A model generated the notes under the pieces. That model made no database searches. It saw only the letters and a list, made by a program, of their open reading frames with translations, and was not told where the DNA came from. Source: an uncultured Streptomycetaceae bacterium (lineage in GTDB: Bacteria; Pseudomonadota; Gammaproteobacteria; Burkholderiales; SG8-41). Taken from it: 48,783 nucleotides of DNA. The stretch spans positions 1-48,783 of the forward strand of contig CAZMBS010000003.1 of NCBI GenBank assembly GCA_964564295.1, written 5' to 3'. The position numbers and the translations under genes were made by a program. Of this stretch, positions 8,912-17,564 are shown in pieces (position 1 is the first letter of the stretch; every line of letters begins with the position of its first letter).

Positions 8912-9870
8912 TGCAGTCCCTGGACTTTCGCGAACCGGATGACCTTCGCCCATTTCGCGAATTCGTCGCGCAGGAATGCACTGTATTCGCCCGCCGTGTT
9001 GCCCACGGGATCGGAACCTTCCGCCCTGAGGCGTTCCAGCACGTCGGGCGACTTCACGATGCGCGCGACATCGGTATTGATTTTCGCGACGACGTCTTTC
9101 GGCGTGCGCGCGGGCGCGTTGAGGCCGTTCCACGCGACCGCCTGGAATCCCCGGAGCCCGAGTTCGTCGAGCGTCGGCAGTTCCGGCAGCGCTCCGGCGC
9201 GCTGGATGCTCGTCACGCCGAGCGCGCGCAGCTTTCCGGACTTGATGAACGCGATCGCGGAAGTGAGCCCGTTGAAGACGACGTCGACGTGGCCGCCGAG
9301 CAGATCCGTCAGTGCCGGCGCGTTGCCCTTGTACGGCACATGCACCATCTTCACGCCGGCCATGCTGTTGAAAAGTTCGCCCGCGAGGTGGTTCGATCCG
9401 CCGCTGCCCGAGGAGCCGTAGTTGAGCGCGCCGGGCCGCGCCTTCGCCAGCGCGATGAGTTCCTTGATGGTTCGCGCGGGCACGCCGGGATGCACGACGA
9501 CCACGAGCGGGGTCGTGTTGATCAGGATGACCGGCTCGAAATCCCGGGCCGGATCGTAAGGAAGTTTCGCGGCAAGGCTCGGCACGATCGTGAACGGGGC
9601 GGGAGTCACGAGCAGCGTGTGGCCGTCGGCAGGCGCGCGTGCAACGATTTCCGTCGCGATCACCGTGCTGCCGCCGGGGCGGTTGTCGACGACGATCGAT
9701 TGTCCCCACGCGTCTGCCAGCTTCACCGATAGCGTGCGCGCGACGATGTCGGTGCTGCCGCCCGCGGCGAACGGCACGACGAGCCGCACGGCCTTCGACG
9801 GAAATCCCTGTGCGCCGGCACAGAAGCTTGCGCAGCAGAAAATAATAAATAAAAACAATCGATTACGCAT
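8908..9870 (-). CDS. Bug/TctC-family periplasmic substrate-binding protein
   Basis: 320-aa ORF. Bug blocks VRLVVPFAAGGSTD, VVDNRPGGSTVIA, PDGHTLLV, PGALNYGSSGSGGSNHLAGE and HVPYKGNAPA. The signal peptide MRNRLFLFIIFCCASFCAGAQG is encoded by a strikingly AT-rich stretch (9839-9870). Confidence 0.9.
   Translation of the reverse strand: MRNRLFLFIIFCCASFCAGAQGFPSKAVRLVVPFAAGGSTDIVARTLSVKLADAWGQSIVVDNRPGGSTVIATEIVARAPADGHTLLVTPAPFTIVPSLAAKLPYDPARDFEPVILINTTPLVVVVHPGVPARTIKELIALAKARPGALNYGSSGSGGSNHLAGELFNSMAGVKMVHVPYKGNAPALTDLLGGHVDVVFNGLTSAIAFIKSGKLRALGVTSIQRAGALPELPTLDELGLRGFQAVAWNGLNAPARTPKDVVAKINTDVARIVKSPDVLERLRAEGSDPVGNTAGEYSAFLRDEFAKWAKVIRFAKVQGLQ
9838..9865 (+). repeat. AT-rich element A (A/T tract + AACAA-TCGA-TTA core)
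   Basis: The sequence is AAAATAATAAATAAAAACAATCGATTA. It shares an exact 15-mer, AAATAATAAATAAAA, with element C (34294-34308, opposite strand). The core matches the IHF consensus WATCAANNNNTTR with one mismatch. It lies inside codons 2-11 of the Bug gene. Confidence 0.6.
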
Positions 9871-10954
9871 GGCGCACGCGCGGCGTCGCCGCGTCCTTGT
9901 CCTGGTCTGGTGAGACGTGCAACGTGCCGAGCCGTTCCATCGCGGCCCGGGCCTCCGCTTCGATCCGGTCGACGATCGCGGCGACCGGCTCGATCCGGTC
10001 CGCGAACACGACGCCCTGGCCGCACGACAGCATGGCCTTGTCGAAGTCGCCGGTTTCGTAGGCCTTGCGCGCGACGGTGCCCACGATGTGCGGCAGCAGC
10101 GCTTCGGTGTCGCCCGCGCGCTCTTTTTCCAGTTGCTGAATCATCGCCACGTGGCCGGTTTTCAGCGCGCGCTGCGTGTTGCGCATCGTCTGCAGCAGCA
10201 GCGTGGTGTCGGTTTCTCCCGCAGCGACGAGGCGTTCCTTGTAGCCGCGGTGCGCCCGTATTTCCTCGGAGACGAGAAAACGCGTGCCCATCGCGATGCC
10301 GTCCGCGCCGAGTGCGAGCGCCGCGACGAGTTGCGCGCCGGTGCCGAGCCCGCCGGCCACGATCAGCGGAATCTTTACCGCGCGCGCAGCGGCGGCGGCC
10401 ATGACCATGGTGCCGACCGGTTCCACACCGGGGTGGCCGCCGGCTTCCGCGCCGACGACGGTGACCGCATCCGCGCCGAGCGACTCGGCTTTTCTCGCAT
10501 AACGCACGCCCGGCACCTTGTGCAGCACGACGATGCGCGCGTCCTTCAGGCGCCGGATGTAAGCCTCCGGGTTGTTGCCGGCGGTCTCGACGTAGCGCAC
10601 GCCTTCTTCGATTACCGCGTCGATGAGCGGCGCGACGCGATCCGTGCCGTCGCGGCTCGCGCGGATCATGATGTTCACGCCGAACGGCCTGTTGCCGGCG
10701 ATTTCGCGGCAGCGGCGGATGCCCGCGCGCAGCGCCGCCGTGTCCGGAAAACTCGCCGCCGTCATGAAGCCGATCAGTCCCGCGTTGGCGATCGCGCCGA
10801 CGTATTCGGGATTGGCGAGCCACATGAGCCCGCTCGCGATGACGGGCAGGCGGATGCCGTAGAGTTCGGTGACGCGGGTCCGGAAGGGTGGGCGCATGGC
10901 GGTCGGCGAAAATGCGGCGCTCGCGGCGTTCGCGGCCGCAATGATAACGCGCAT
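9863..10954 (-). CDS. nitronate monooxygenase (NMO / 2-nitropropane dioxygenase) family flavoprotein
   Basis: 363-aa ORF with a TIM-barrel FMN pattern: GIRLPVIASGLMW, FGVNI, GADAVTVVGAEAGGH, IPLIVAGGLGTGAQL and GADGIAMGTRF. An alternative, family-typical start is ATG 10897 (MRPPFRTRV...). It overlaps the downstream Bug start by 8 nt. Confidence 0.85.
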   Translation of the reverse strand: MRVIIAAANAASAAFSPTAMRPPFRTRVTELYGIRLPVIASGLMWLANPEYVGAIANAGLIGFMTAASFPDTAALRAGIRRCREIAGNRPFGVNIMIRASRDGTDRVAPLIDAVIEEGVRYVETAGNNPEAYIRRLKDARIVVLHKVPGVRYARKAESLGADAVTVVGAEAGGHPGVEPVGTMVMAAAAARAVKIPLIVAGGLGTGAQLVAALALGADGIAMGTRFLVSEEIRAHRGYKERLVAAGETDTTLLLQTMRNTQRALKTGHVAMIQQLEKERAGDTEALLPHIVGTVARKAYETGDFDKAMLSCGQGVVFADRIEPVAAIVDRIEAEARAAMERLGTLHVSPDQDKDAATPRVRHA

Positions 10955-10999
10955 CCTGTGCTAGGCTTGAACAAAATGTCACCCCGGGGGTACACGGAC

Positions 11000-12001
11000 A
11001 TGCGTATCGAGAACAGCCGCCCCGTTCCGTTGCTCGAACACCTCGCGGCGGGCATCACTGGCGCGCTGCTCTGCGGCACGCTCGCGGCGGCCGAGGCCGA
11101 GTGGCGGCCGGTGAAAGCCGTGGAACTCGTCGCGATCAACGCGCCGGGCGGCGGGTCCGACCGCATCCTGCGGCTCATGGCGAAGGTGATGCAGGACCAG
11201 CGCTCGCTCGACGTGCCCGTCAACGTGGTCAACAAGCCGGGCGGCGGCGGCGCGGTCGCGTATGGCTACGTGAACCAGCACAGCGACGGCCACGGCATCG
11301 TGCTCGCCAACAAGTCGATACTGACCAACAACATCATCGGGCGCGGCCCGAGTTACACCGAGCTTGCCCCGGTCGCGAAACTGTTCGAGGAATACATTTC
11401 CGTGACGGTGCGGCCGGACTCGCCGTGGAAGGGCGGCCGGGACGTCGTCGAAGCGCTGCGCAAGGACGTGAATTCGCTCGCGCTCGGCATCGCCACGAGC
11501 ATCGGCAACCCCAACCACCAGGGCCTCGCAGTCGCGCTGAGCCTCGGCGGCGTCGATATCCGGAAAACCCGCAACGCGATTTTTCCGTCGGGCGGCGCGG
11601 CGACCACCGCGTTGATGGGCGGGCACGTCGACGTCGCGCCGGTCACCGCCGCGTTCGCGGCGTCGCTGCTGCGCAACGGGCAGGTGCGCGTCGTCGCGGT
11701 CGCGGCGCCGCAGCGGCTCGGCGGCGTGCTTGCGGACGTTCCCACGTGGCGCGAGCAGGGCTACGACGCGGTGGTGTCCAACTGGCGGGCCTTCCTCGGG
11801 CCCCGCGGGCTCGCGCCCGCGCGCCTCGCGTACTGGGAGCAGGCCTTCCGTCGTCTCAACGAATCCGACGAATGGAAGAAGGAACTGGCGGACAACCTCT
11901 GGATCGCGGATTACCAGCCCGGCGCCGCGCTGCGCGCGCAACTGGACCGCGACGACGCGCAGCAGCGCGCGTTCCTCAAGGAACTCGCGCTCGCCAAATA
12001 G
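11000..12001 (+). CDS. TctC/Bug-superfamily periplasmic binding protein, divergent subtype
   Basis: Coding-like sequence begins at MRIENSRPVPLLEHLAAGITGALLCGTLAAAEA (alternative ATG at 10976). Blocks VVNKPGGGGAVAY, GGHVDVAPV, VPTWREQGYD and DEWKKEL are shared with the protein at 29242-30216. It lacks the HVPYKG block of the classical Bug genes. Confidence 0.85.
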   Translation: MRIENSRPVPLLEHLAAGITGALLCGTLAAAEAEWRPVKAVELVAINAPGGGSDRILRLMAKVMQDQRSLDVPVNVVNKPGGGGAVAYGYVNQHSDGHGIVLANKSILTNNIIGRGPSYTELAPVAKLFEEYISVTVRPDSPWKGGRDVVEALRKDVNSLALGIATSIGNPNHQGLAVALSLGGVDIRKTRNAIFPSGGAATTALMGGHVDVAPVTAAFAASLLRNGQVRVVAVAAPQRLGGVLADVPTWREQGYDAVVSNWRAFLGPRGLAPARLAYWEQAFRRLNESDEWKKELADNLWIADYQPGAALRAQLDRDDAQQRAFLKELALAK

Positions 12002-12021
12002 CGCCGACCCGCGCGCTATTT
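11996..12021. terminator. hairpin between convergent genes that embeds both stop codons
   Basis: AAATAGCGC (11996-12004) pairs with GCGCTATTT (12013-12021) around an 8-nt loop. The plus-strand TAG (11999-12001) and the minus-strand TAG (12016-12018) both lie in the stem. The A/T runs flanking it could serve as U-tracts in either direction. Confidence 0.4.
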
Positions 12022-14169
12022 CGTCACGACGAGCGCGTCGGCCGCGACGACGCCGTGCTCGCGCACGAACAACGGGTTCACGTCGATTTCCGCGATGCGG
12101 TCGGCGTGATCCGCGATGAGCCACGAAAGCCGCGCGAGCGCGTCCGCGAGCGCATCCACGTCGAGCGCCGGCCGGCCGCGATAACCCGAGAACAGCGGCG
12201 CGCCCCGGATTTCGTTCACCATTTCCCTCGCCGTCGCCGCGTCGAACGGCGCAAACCGGTGCGTCACGTCGCGCAGGACCTCGGTCGTGATGCCGCCGAG
12301 TCCGAACGTGACGACGGGTCCGAAGCACGGGTCGTCGACCGCGCCGACGATCACCTCGAGTCCCGCCGCCATTTCCTGCACGAGCACGCCGTCGATGCGC
12401 GCATCCGGCCTGAAACGCAGCGCCGATGCCACGACCTCGCGCGCCGCCGCTCGCAGCGCGGGGGCGTCGGCAATGCCGAGTCGCACCGCGCCGGCCTCGG
12501 TCTTGTGCGGAATGTCCGGCGACTCGACCTTGACCGCCAGCGGAAACGATGACGGCGGCGGCAGCGCGGCCGCGGGGTTTTCCACGTCGGCGGGCGCCAG
12601 CAACACCTCTCGCACGACCGGTATGCCATAGACAGAGAGCAGCGCCTTGGATGCGCGCTCTCCGAGCGTGGCGGAACCGTCCGGCAGTGCGAGCGCCTGT
12701 CGCGCGACCAAGCGTTGCGGCGACCGCGCGCCGCCCGTTTTGCCCGCCGAAGCCCAGGCGCGCCGCTTCCGAGCAAACTCGGCCAGCGCGCCGAGCGCGC
12801 GGGCCGAGCGCGTTGGCGTCAGTATGCACGGCACGCCGTGCTGCTCCAGGTACGCGAGCACCTGCGGATTGTCGTCGGGGGAGGTGGGCCAGTTGAGCAC
12901 GAACGGCTTGTCGCTGCCGCGCAGCATGTCGATGAGGCCTCTCGACCATGGTTCGGCCGCCGATCCGCGCGGCGCGCGCGCGATGATCATGTCGATGCCG
13001 GGATCGGCGAGGACCGCCTGCATCACGCGGTTGTAGGTTGCGAAGTTGTCGTTGTACCCCTGCGGCGTCGCATCGACGGGATTCGCGACGGTCGCGAACG
13101 GCGCGACGAATTCGCGCAGCGTTTTCACGGTGGCGTCGGCCAGCGGCGGCAGCGTGAGCCCGTATTCGGTGCAGCGGTCCGCGAGCAGCACGCCCGCGCC
13201 GCCGGAGAGCGTCACGACTCCGGCACGGTTCGATTTCGGGCGCTTGCCGGTGAGCAGCACCTTGCAGATGTCGATGAGATCGTCGATGTCGCGCACTTCG
13301 ATGAAGCCGCCGCGCCGGAATGCCGCGCGATAGAGGTCGTAGTTCGCCGTGAGCCGCGCGGTGTGCGACGTGACGGCGCGCGCGCCGACGGCGCTGTTGC
13401 CCACTTTCCAGACGAGGATCGGTTTATCGAGTTCCAGCGCGCGCTCGCCGATCGCGACGAGCCGCCGCCCGTCGGCGATGCCTTCCAGAAACGCGACCGC
13501 GATGTCGACGTCGGGCCGCTCGATCACGTCCGCGAGCCAGTCGAGCGCCGTCAGGTCGACTTCGTTTCCGGTCGAAATCACGTAGTTGAACCCCACGCCG
13601 TAATGCGATGCCGTTGCGATCGCGCCGAAGCCGAATCCGCCGGACTGCGTGACCATCGCGATCCGGCCGTGACGCAACGTGTTCAGCTGCAGCGTTCCGC
13701 CGAAGCCGTTGCGCATGCCGTCCGTGAGATTCAGCATGCCGAGGCAGTTGGGGCCGACGACGCGCACGCCGCTCGCGCGTATCGCGGCGGCGAGTTTCTC
13801 CTGCAGCGCGCGGCCCGCGGCGCCCACTTCGCTGAAGCCCGCCGACAGCACGAGCGCGAACGGAATTCCCGCGTTGCCGCATTGCGCGATCACGCCCGGA
13901 ACATGCGGCGCCGCGAGCGCGACCAGGGCTACATCACACGGCTGCGGCACCGCCGCGAGATCCGGGTAACACGGCAGCCCCTTGATTTCCTTGTACTTCG
14001 GATTGACGGGATAGACGCGGCCCTGGTACCCGTATTCGGTCAGCAGCCGGATCGGCTGTCCGCCGATGCGGGTGAGATCGTTCGACGCACCCACGATCGC
14101 GATGCCGCGCGGATTCAGGAAGCGAGAGAGATCGGCGCGCGGCGGCGGCGATGCGGGGACATCGGTCAT
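12016..14169 (-). CDS. ADP-forming acyl-CoA synthetase (acetate--CoA ligase family; CoA-binding + ATP-grasp)
   Basis: 717-aa ORF. The N-terminal CoA-binding domain shows PRGIAIVGASND...GYQGRVYPVNPKY...GLPCYPDL and GVRVVGPNCLG. The C-terminal ATP-grasp part shows ALLSVYGIPV...PLAVKVESPDIPHKTEAGAV. Confidence 0.88.
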   Translation of the reverse strand: MTDVPASPPPRADLSRFLNPRGIAIVGASNDLTRIGGQPIRLLTEYGYQGRVYPVNPKYKEIKGLPCYPDLAAVPQPCDVALVALAAPHVPGVIAQCGNAGIPFALVLSAGFSEVGAAGRALQEKLAAAIRASGVRVVGPNCLGMLNLTDGMRNGFGGTLQLNTLRHGRIAMVTQSGGFGFGAIATASHYGVGFNYVISTGNEVDLTALDWLADVIERPDVDIAVAFLEGIADGRRLVAIGERALELDKPILVWKVGNSAVGARAVTSHTARLTANYDLYRAAFRRGGFIEVRDIDDLIDICKVLLTGKRPKSNRAGVVTLSGGAGVLLADRCTEYGLTLPPLADATVKTLREFVAPFATVANPVDATPQGYNDNFATYNRVMQAVLADPGIDMIIARAPRGSAAEPWSRGLIDMLRGSDKPFVLNWPTSPDDNPQVLAYLEQHGVPCILTPTRSARALGALAEFARKRRAWASAGKTGGARSPQRLVARQALALPDGSATLGERASKALLSVYGIPVVREVLLAPADVENPAAALPPPSSFPLAVKVESPDIPHKTEAGAVRLGIADAPALRAAAREVVASALRFRPDARIDGVLVQEMAAGLEVIVGAVDDPCFGPVVTFGLGGITTEVLRDVTHRFAPFDAATAREMVNEIRGAPLFSGYRGRPALDVDALADALARLSWLIADHADRIAEIDVNPLFVREHGVVAADALVVTK

Positions 14170-14233
14170 GGATTGCGGATCCGGCAGATGGGTGATGCGC
14201 CTGATTTTACCGCGACCGCGACGCGCAGCAGCG

Positions 14234-15046
14234 CTACGGCAACCGTTCGAGGAACGCGATCAGCGCCGCGGCGACTTTTTCCGGCTGTTCGGGCAACAGT
14301 GCGTGCGCGGCGTTCGGAACGAGCGCGGTCGTTACGCGATGCACGCCGAAGGCATCGACGTAGCAGTTGCGCGACTCGGGCGGCGACAGCGGATCGTTTT
14401 CGGACTGCAGGTCGAGCACGGGGGCGGTGCCGGCGTTCCACCACTCGGGCTTCGGCGTGGCTTCAGTGGCAGCGCGCTCCGCGTGCATCACGTGCTCGTC
14501 CCAGCCGCCGAGCCACACGCGCGCGTCGTTGCCGGGCGCGAAGAAGACGCGCCGCAGGTGCGTCAATCGCTCCGCCTCCGGCAGGTCCATTTGGTGGCTC
14601 TTGTTGATGGCATCGCGCAGTTCGGGCGCGAGCGGCCACGTATGCGTCGCGGCGAGCAGCGCGACGCCGCGCACCAGTTCCGGAAAATCCGCGGCCGTCG
14701 CGCGCGCGACGAAATTGCCGAACGCGTGTCCTGCCATGACCGCGGGGCCGCCGCCCTCGGCACGGATCACGGCCGCCATGTCGCGCGCGAAATCGTGCAG
14801 CGTGATGCGGTCCAGCGGTCCGCGGCTCGCGCCCAGGCCGCGCGGTTGCGGGGCGAGCGCGCGAAAGCCGGCGTGCGCGATGCGCGACGCGAGATCGTCG
14901 AAATCCGTCGCGCCGCGGCCGAGCGACGGAATCAGCACGACCAGCGGGCCGCTTCCACGCGAGAGAACTTCGATCGTGACGCCGTCATGCGATACCAGCC
15001 GGCGCGCGGGCGCGATGGCGTTCATGCGGCACGTTCCGATTTCCAT
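14234..15046 (-). CDS. alpha/beta-fold hydrolase
   Basis: Typical pattern DGVTIEVLSRGSGPLVVLIPSLGRG...MAGHAFGNFVAR (nucleophile elbow GHAFG)...VPNAAHALLPEQPE. The start is ambiguous: ATG 15046 (MEIGTC) or ATG 15025 (MNAIAP). The track start at 15121 would overlap the divergent Bug gene. Confidence 0.8.
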   Translation of the reverse strand: MEIGTCRMNAIAPARRLVSHDGVTIEVLSRGSGPLVVLIPSLGRGATDFDDLASRIAHAGFRALAPQPRGLGASRGPLDRITLHDFARDMAAVIRAEGGGPAVMAGHAFGNFVARATAADFPELVRGVALLAATHTWPLAPELRDAINKSHQMDLPEAERLTHLRRVFFAPGNDARVWLGGWDEHVMHAERAATEATPKPEWWNAGTAPVLDLQSENDPLSPPESRNCYVDAFGVHRVTTALVPNAAHALLPEQPEKVAAALIAFLERLP

Positions 15047-15100
15047 GGCATGTCGCGCATTGTATGCTAGCGAACGAACAACCCGGGAAGGAGAGTCGCG

Positions 15101-16099
15101 ATGCCGGCAGCAGCAGGGCACTCAGCCGCGCGGTGCGGGGTGATGGTGACGGCCGTGGTCATCGCGGGCCTGCCCGGCGCCGTGCTGCCGGCCGCGCCGC
15201 CGTTTCCGGATCGCCCGGTGCGGCTCGTGGTGCCGTTTCCGCCGGCCGGAGCGAACGACATCGTCGCGCGGCAGATCGCGGCGCAACTGGCCGAGCGCTG
15301 GGGCAGGCCCGTCGTCGTCGACAATCGCGCGGGCGCGGGCGGACTTCTCGGCACCGAAATCGGCGCGCGCGCGGCGGCCGACGGGTACACGTTGACGGTC
15401 GCGTCGACCAGCACGTTTGCCGCTCCCGTGGGGCTCTACGCCAGGCTGCCGTTCGATCCGGTCAGGGATTTCGCGCCGATCACGCAGGCAGTGTCGGCGC
15501 CCAACGTGCTCGTCGTGCATCCCGGCGTGGCTGCCCACTCGGTAAAGGAACTGGTCGCGCTGGCAACGGCGAAGCCCGGCGCACTGCATTACTCGTCGTT
15601 CGGCAGCGGCAGTTCGGCGCATCTCGTCGGCGAAATGTTCCGGCATCTCGCGGGCGTGAACATCGTCCACGTGCCGTACAAGGGCGGCGGTCCGGCGCTG
15701 CTCGCGGTGCTGGGCGGGGAAGTGCAGCTCACGTTCGCGAATCTGTCGGCAGCGATGCCGCATATCAAGACCGGCAAGGTGCGCGTGCTGGGTGTGACGG
15801 GAACGCAGCGCTCGCCGGCATTGCCGGATGCGCCGACCGTATCGGATGCCGGCGTGCCCGGGTTCGTCGCGACGGCGTGGGTCGGATTTGCCGCGCCCGC
15901 GAAGACGCCCGCGGCGCTCGTGAACCGGTTGCACGGCGATTTCGTGGCGGTGCTCGCCGTGCCGGCGCTGCGCACGTGGTTTGCGTCGCAGGGACTCGAA
16001 ATCGTCGCGAACCGGCCGTCCGAATTCGCGCAGCACGTGCGCGACGACATCGCGCGGTGGACCAGAGTCATCAAGGCGGCGGGCATCAAGCTCGATTAG
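15101..16099 (+). CDS. Bug/TctC-family periplasmic substrate-binding protein
   Basis: 332-aa ORF with a GGAAGGAGAG Shine-Dalgarno upstream. Bug blocks PVRLVVPFPPAGAND, VVDNRAGAGGLLG, ADGYTLTV, PGALHYSSFGSGSSAHLVGE and HVPYKGGGPA. Confidence 0.92.
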   Translation: MPAAAGHSAARCGVMVTAVVIAGLPGAVLPAAPPFPDRPVRLVVPFPPAGANDIVARQIAAQLAERWGRPVVVDNRAGAGGLLGTEIGARAAADGYTLTVASTSTFAAPVGLYARLPFDPVRDFAPITQAVSAPNVLVVHPGVAAHSVKELVALATAKPGALHYSSFGSGSSAHLVGEMFRHLAGVNIVHVPYKGGGPALLAVLGGEVQLTFANLSAAMPHIKTGKVRVLGVTGTQRSPALPDAPTVSDAGVPGFVATAWVGFAAPAKTPAALVNRLHGDFVAVLAVPALRTWFASQGLEIVANRPSEFAQHVRDDIARWTRVIKAAGIKLD

Positions 16100-16113
16100 T
16101 GCAGCGTACGACC

Positions 16114-17502
16114 ATGGCCGCGAACGATCCTTCTCCGGCGACTTTCGCCCGACAACTGGCCGCGCACATCGTGGCGGTCGACGGGGCGAACCTGCCCGAG
16201 GAATCGCTGTGCTGGAGCCGGATCGCGCTGCGCGATACGGTCGGCGTCACGCTGGCGGGCGCGGCGGAAGATTGCGCGCGGATCGTCGGAGACGTGGCTG
16301 TGGAGAGCGCGGGGCCGTGCGTGATCGCCGGAACATCGCGCCGCGTCGCGCCGCTCGATGCGGCGCTCGTCAACGGCACCGCGGCGCATGCGCTGGATTT
16401 CGACAATTCCACCAACACGATGTTCGGCCACGCCTCCGCCACCATGATGCCGGCGCTGCTCGCGGCGGCGGAAGCGTTCGGCGGCAGCGGGCGCGACGTG
16501 CTGGCCGCGCATGTGGCGGGCTTCGAGACCGGCGCGCGCGTGGGCCGCGCGGTGAACCTGCATCACTACGAAACCGGATGGCATCCGACCTCGACGCTGG
16601 GCGCCATCGCCGTCGCGGCGGCCTGCGCGCGGCTGCTGCAACTCGACGTCGATGCCACCACGACGGCGCTCGCGCTGTCGACCTCGCTCGCATGCGGCAT
16701 CAAGGCGAATTTCGGCACCATGACGAAGCCGCTGCATTCGGGGCAGTGCGCGCGCGCCGGCCTCATGGCGGCGCTGCTCGCGCGCAAGGGATACACCGCC
16801 AACCCGGAGGCATTCGAGCACAAGCAGGGATTCTTCAACGTATTCGACGGTCCCGGGAATTTCGACGCGCGGCGCGCGCTGGACGGCTGGGGCGACCCTT
16901 ACGACATCGTCGAGCCCGGCGCCTGCTACAAGCAGTACCCGTGCTGCGCGAGCACGCACGCCGCGATCGACGCGGCCATTGCATTGCGCGAGCGGCATGC
17001 GCTGTCCGCCGGCAGCATCAAGCGCATCGAGACGTTCACGCCGGCGCGCCGGCTCGCGCACACCGACCGGCCGGACCCGCAGACGGCGCTCGATGCGAAA
17101 TTCAGCGTGCAGTACTGCGTTGCGCGCGCGCTCGCGAGCGGCAGCGTCGTGTTCGAACACTTCGAGGGCGATGCGTTTCGCGATCCGCCGGTGCGCGCGC
17201 TGCTCGGCAGGGTGCGAGCCATGCCGCACGCGCCGGGACAGTTCCCGACGCAGAACAACGCGGGCGCCGCGGTGCGCGTGACGCTCGCGGACGGGCGCGC
17301 GTTCGCGACGCAGGTTGAAACGCCGCTCGGCCGCACGGCGCGCATGCCGATTCCCGACGCGGGCCTGCGCGACAAATTCGTGAGCTGCGCGCGGCGCGCG
17401 TTGCGGGACGACGCGGTCGCACAACTGTTGGAACTCACGGACCGGTTCGACGCATTGTCGTCGGTCGTGCCGTACACTGCGCTGCTCGCGCGAACGAATT
17501 GA
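16114..17502 (+). CDS. MmgE/PrpD-family protein, paralog of 3858-5273
   Basis: The coding part starts at ATG 16114 (MAANDPSPATFARQLAAHIV). It shares long identical runs with the first paralog: LDAALVNGTAAHALDFDN, GWHPTSTLG, YKQYPCCA, TPARRLAHT and LDAKFSVQYCVARAL. Confidence 0.9.
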   Translation: MAANDPSPATFARQLAAHIVAVDGANLPEESLCWSRIALRDTVGVTLAGAAEDCARIVGDVAVESAGPCVIAGTSRRVAPLDAALVNGTAAHALDFDNSTNTMFGHASATMMPALLAAAEAFGGSGRDVLAAHVAGFETGARVGRAVNLHHYETGWHPTSTLGAIAVAAACARLLQLDVDATTTALALSTSLACGIKANFGTMTKPLHSGQCARAGLMAALLARKGYTANPEAFEHKQGFFNVFDGPGNFDARRALDGWGDPYDIVEPGACYKQYPCCASTHAAIDAAIALRERHALSAGSIKRIETFTPARRLAHTDRPDPQTALDAKFSVQYCVARALASGSVVFEHFEGDAFRDPPVRALLGRVRAMPHAPGQFPTQNNAGAAVRVTLADGRAFATQVETPLGRTARMPIPDAGLRDKFVSCARRALRDDAVAQLLELTDRFDALSSVVPYTALLARTN

Positions 17503-17527
17503 AAACATTATTGTTATCAATAACTTA
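17501..17527 (+). repeat. AT-rich element D (A/T tract + perfect IHF-type core TATCAATAACTTA)
   Basis: The sequence is GAAAACATTATTGTTATCAATAACTTA, in the 62-bp gap after the PrpD-like gene. Positions 17515-17527 fit WATCAANNNNTTR exactly. It also contains the inverted repeat TTATTG-N4-CAATAA and is followed by the GC hairpin GCGGCC-N9-GGCCGC. Confidence 0.5.
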
Positions 17528-17564
17528 TCGCGGCCGCGCCTGAGGGCCGCGTAGCGTATCGCGC

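Noticed and set aside
9390-9399. tRNA T-loop-like GGTTCGATCC
   Set aside because: The flanking bases cannot form the T-stem (GGTGG versus CGCCG) or an acceptor stem. The site is in the middle of a well-supported Bug coding sequence.
8912-9709. N-terminal extensions that the ORF track adds to real genes (7940-9709, 2876-4102, 18333-20516, 32328-34139, 15064-17502, 29307-31484, 9917-12001, 24360-25655, 43469-44638)
   Set aside because: The extensions overlap the neighbouring real gene, are Arg-rich junk, and end exactly where a signal peptide or family-typical N-terminus begins with its own start codon and Shine-Dalgarno. I trimmed the genes accordingly.
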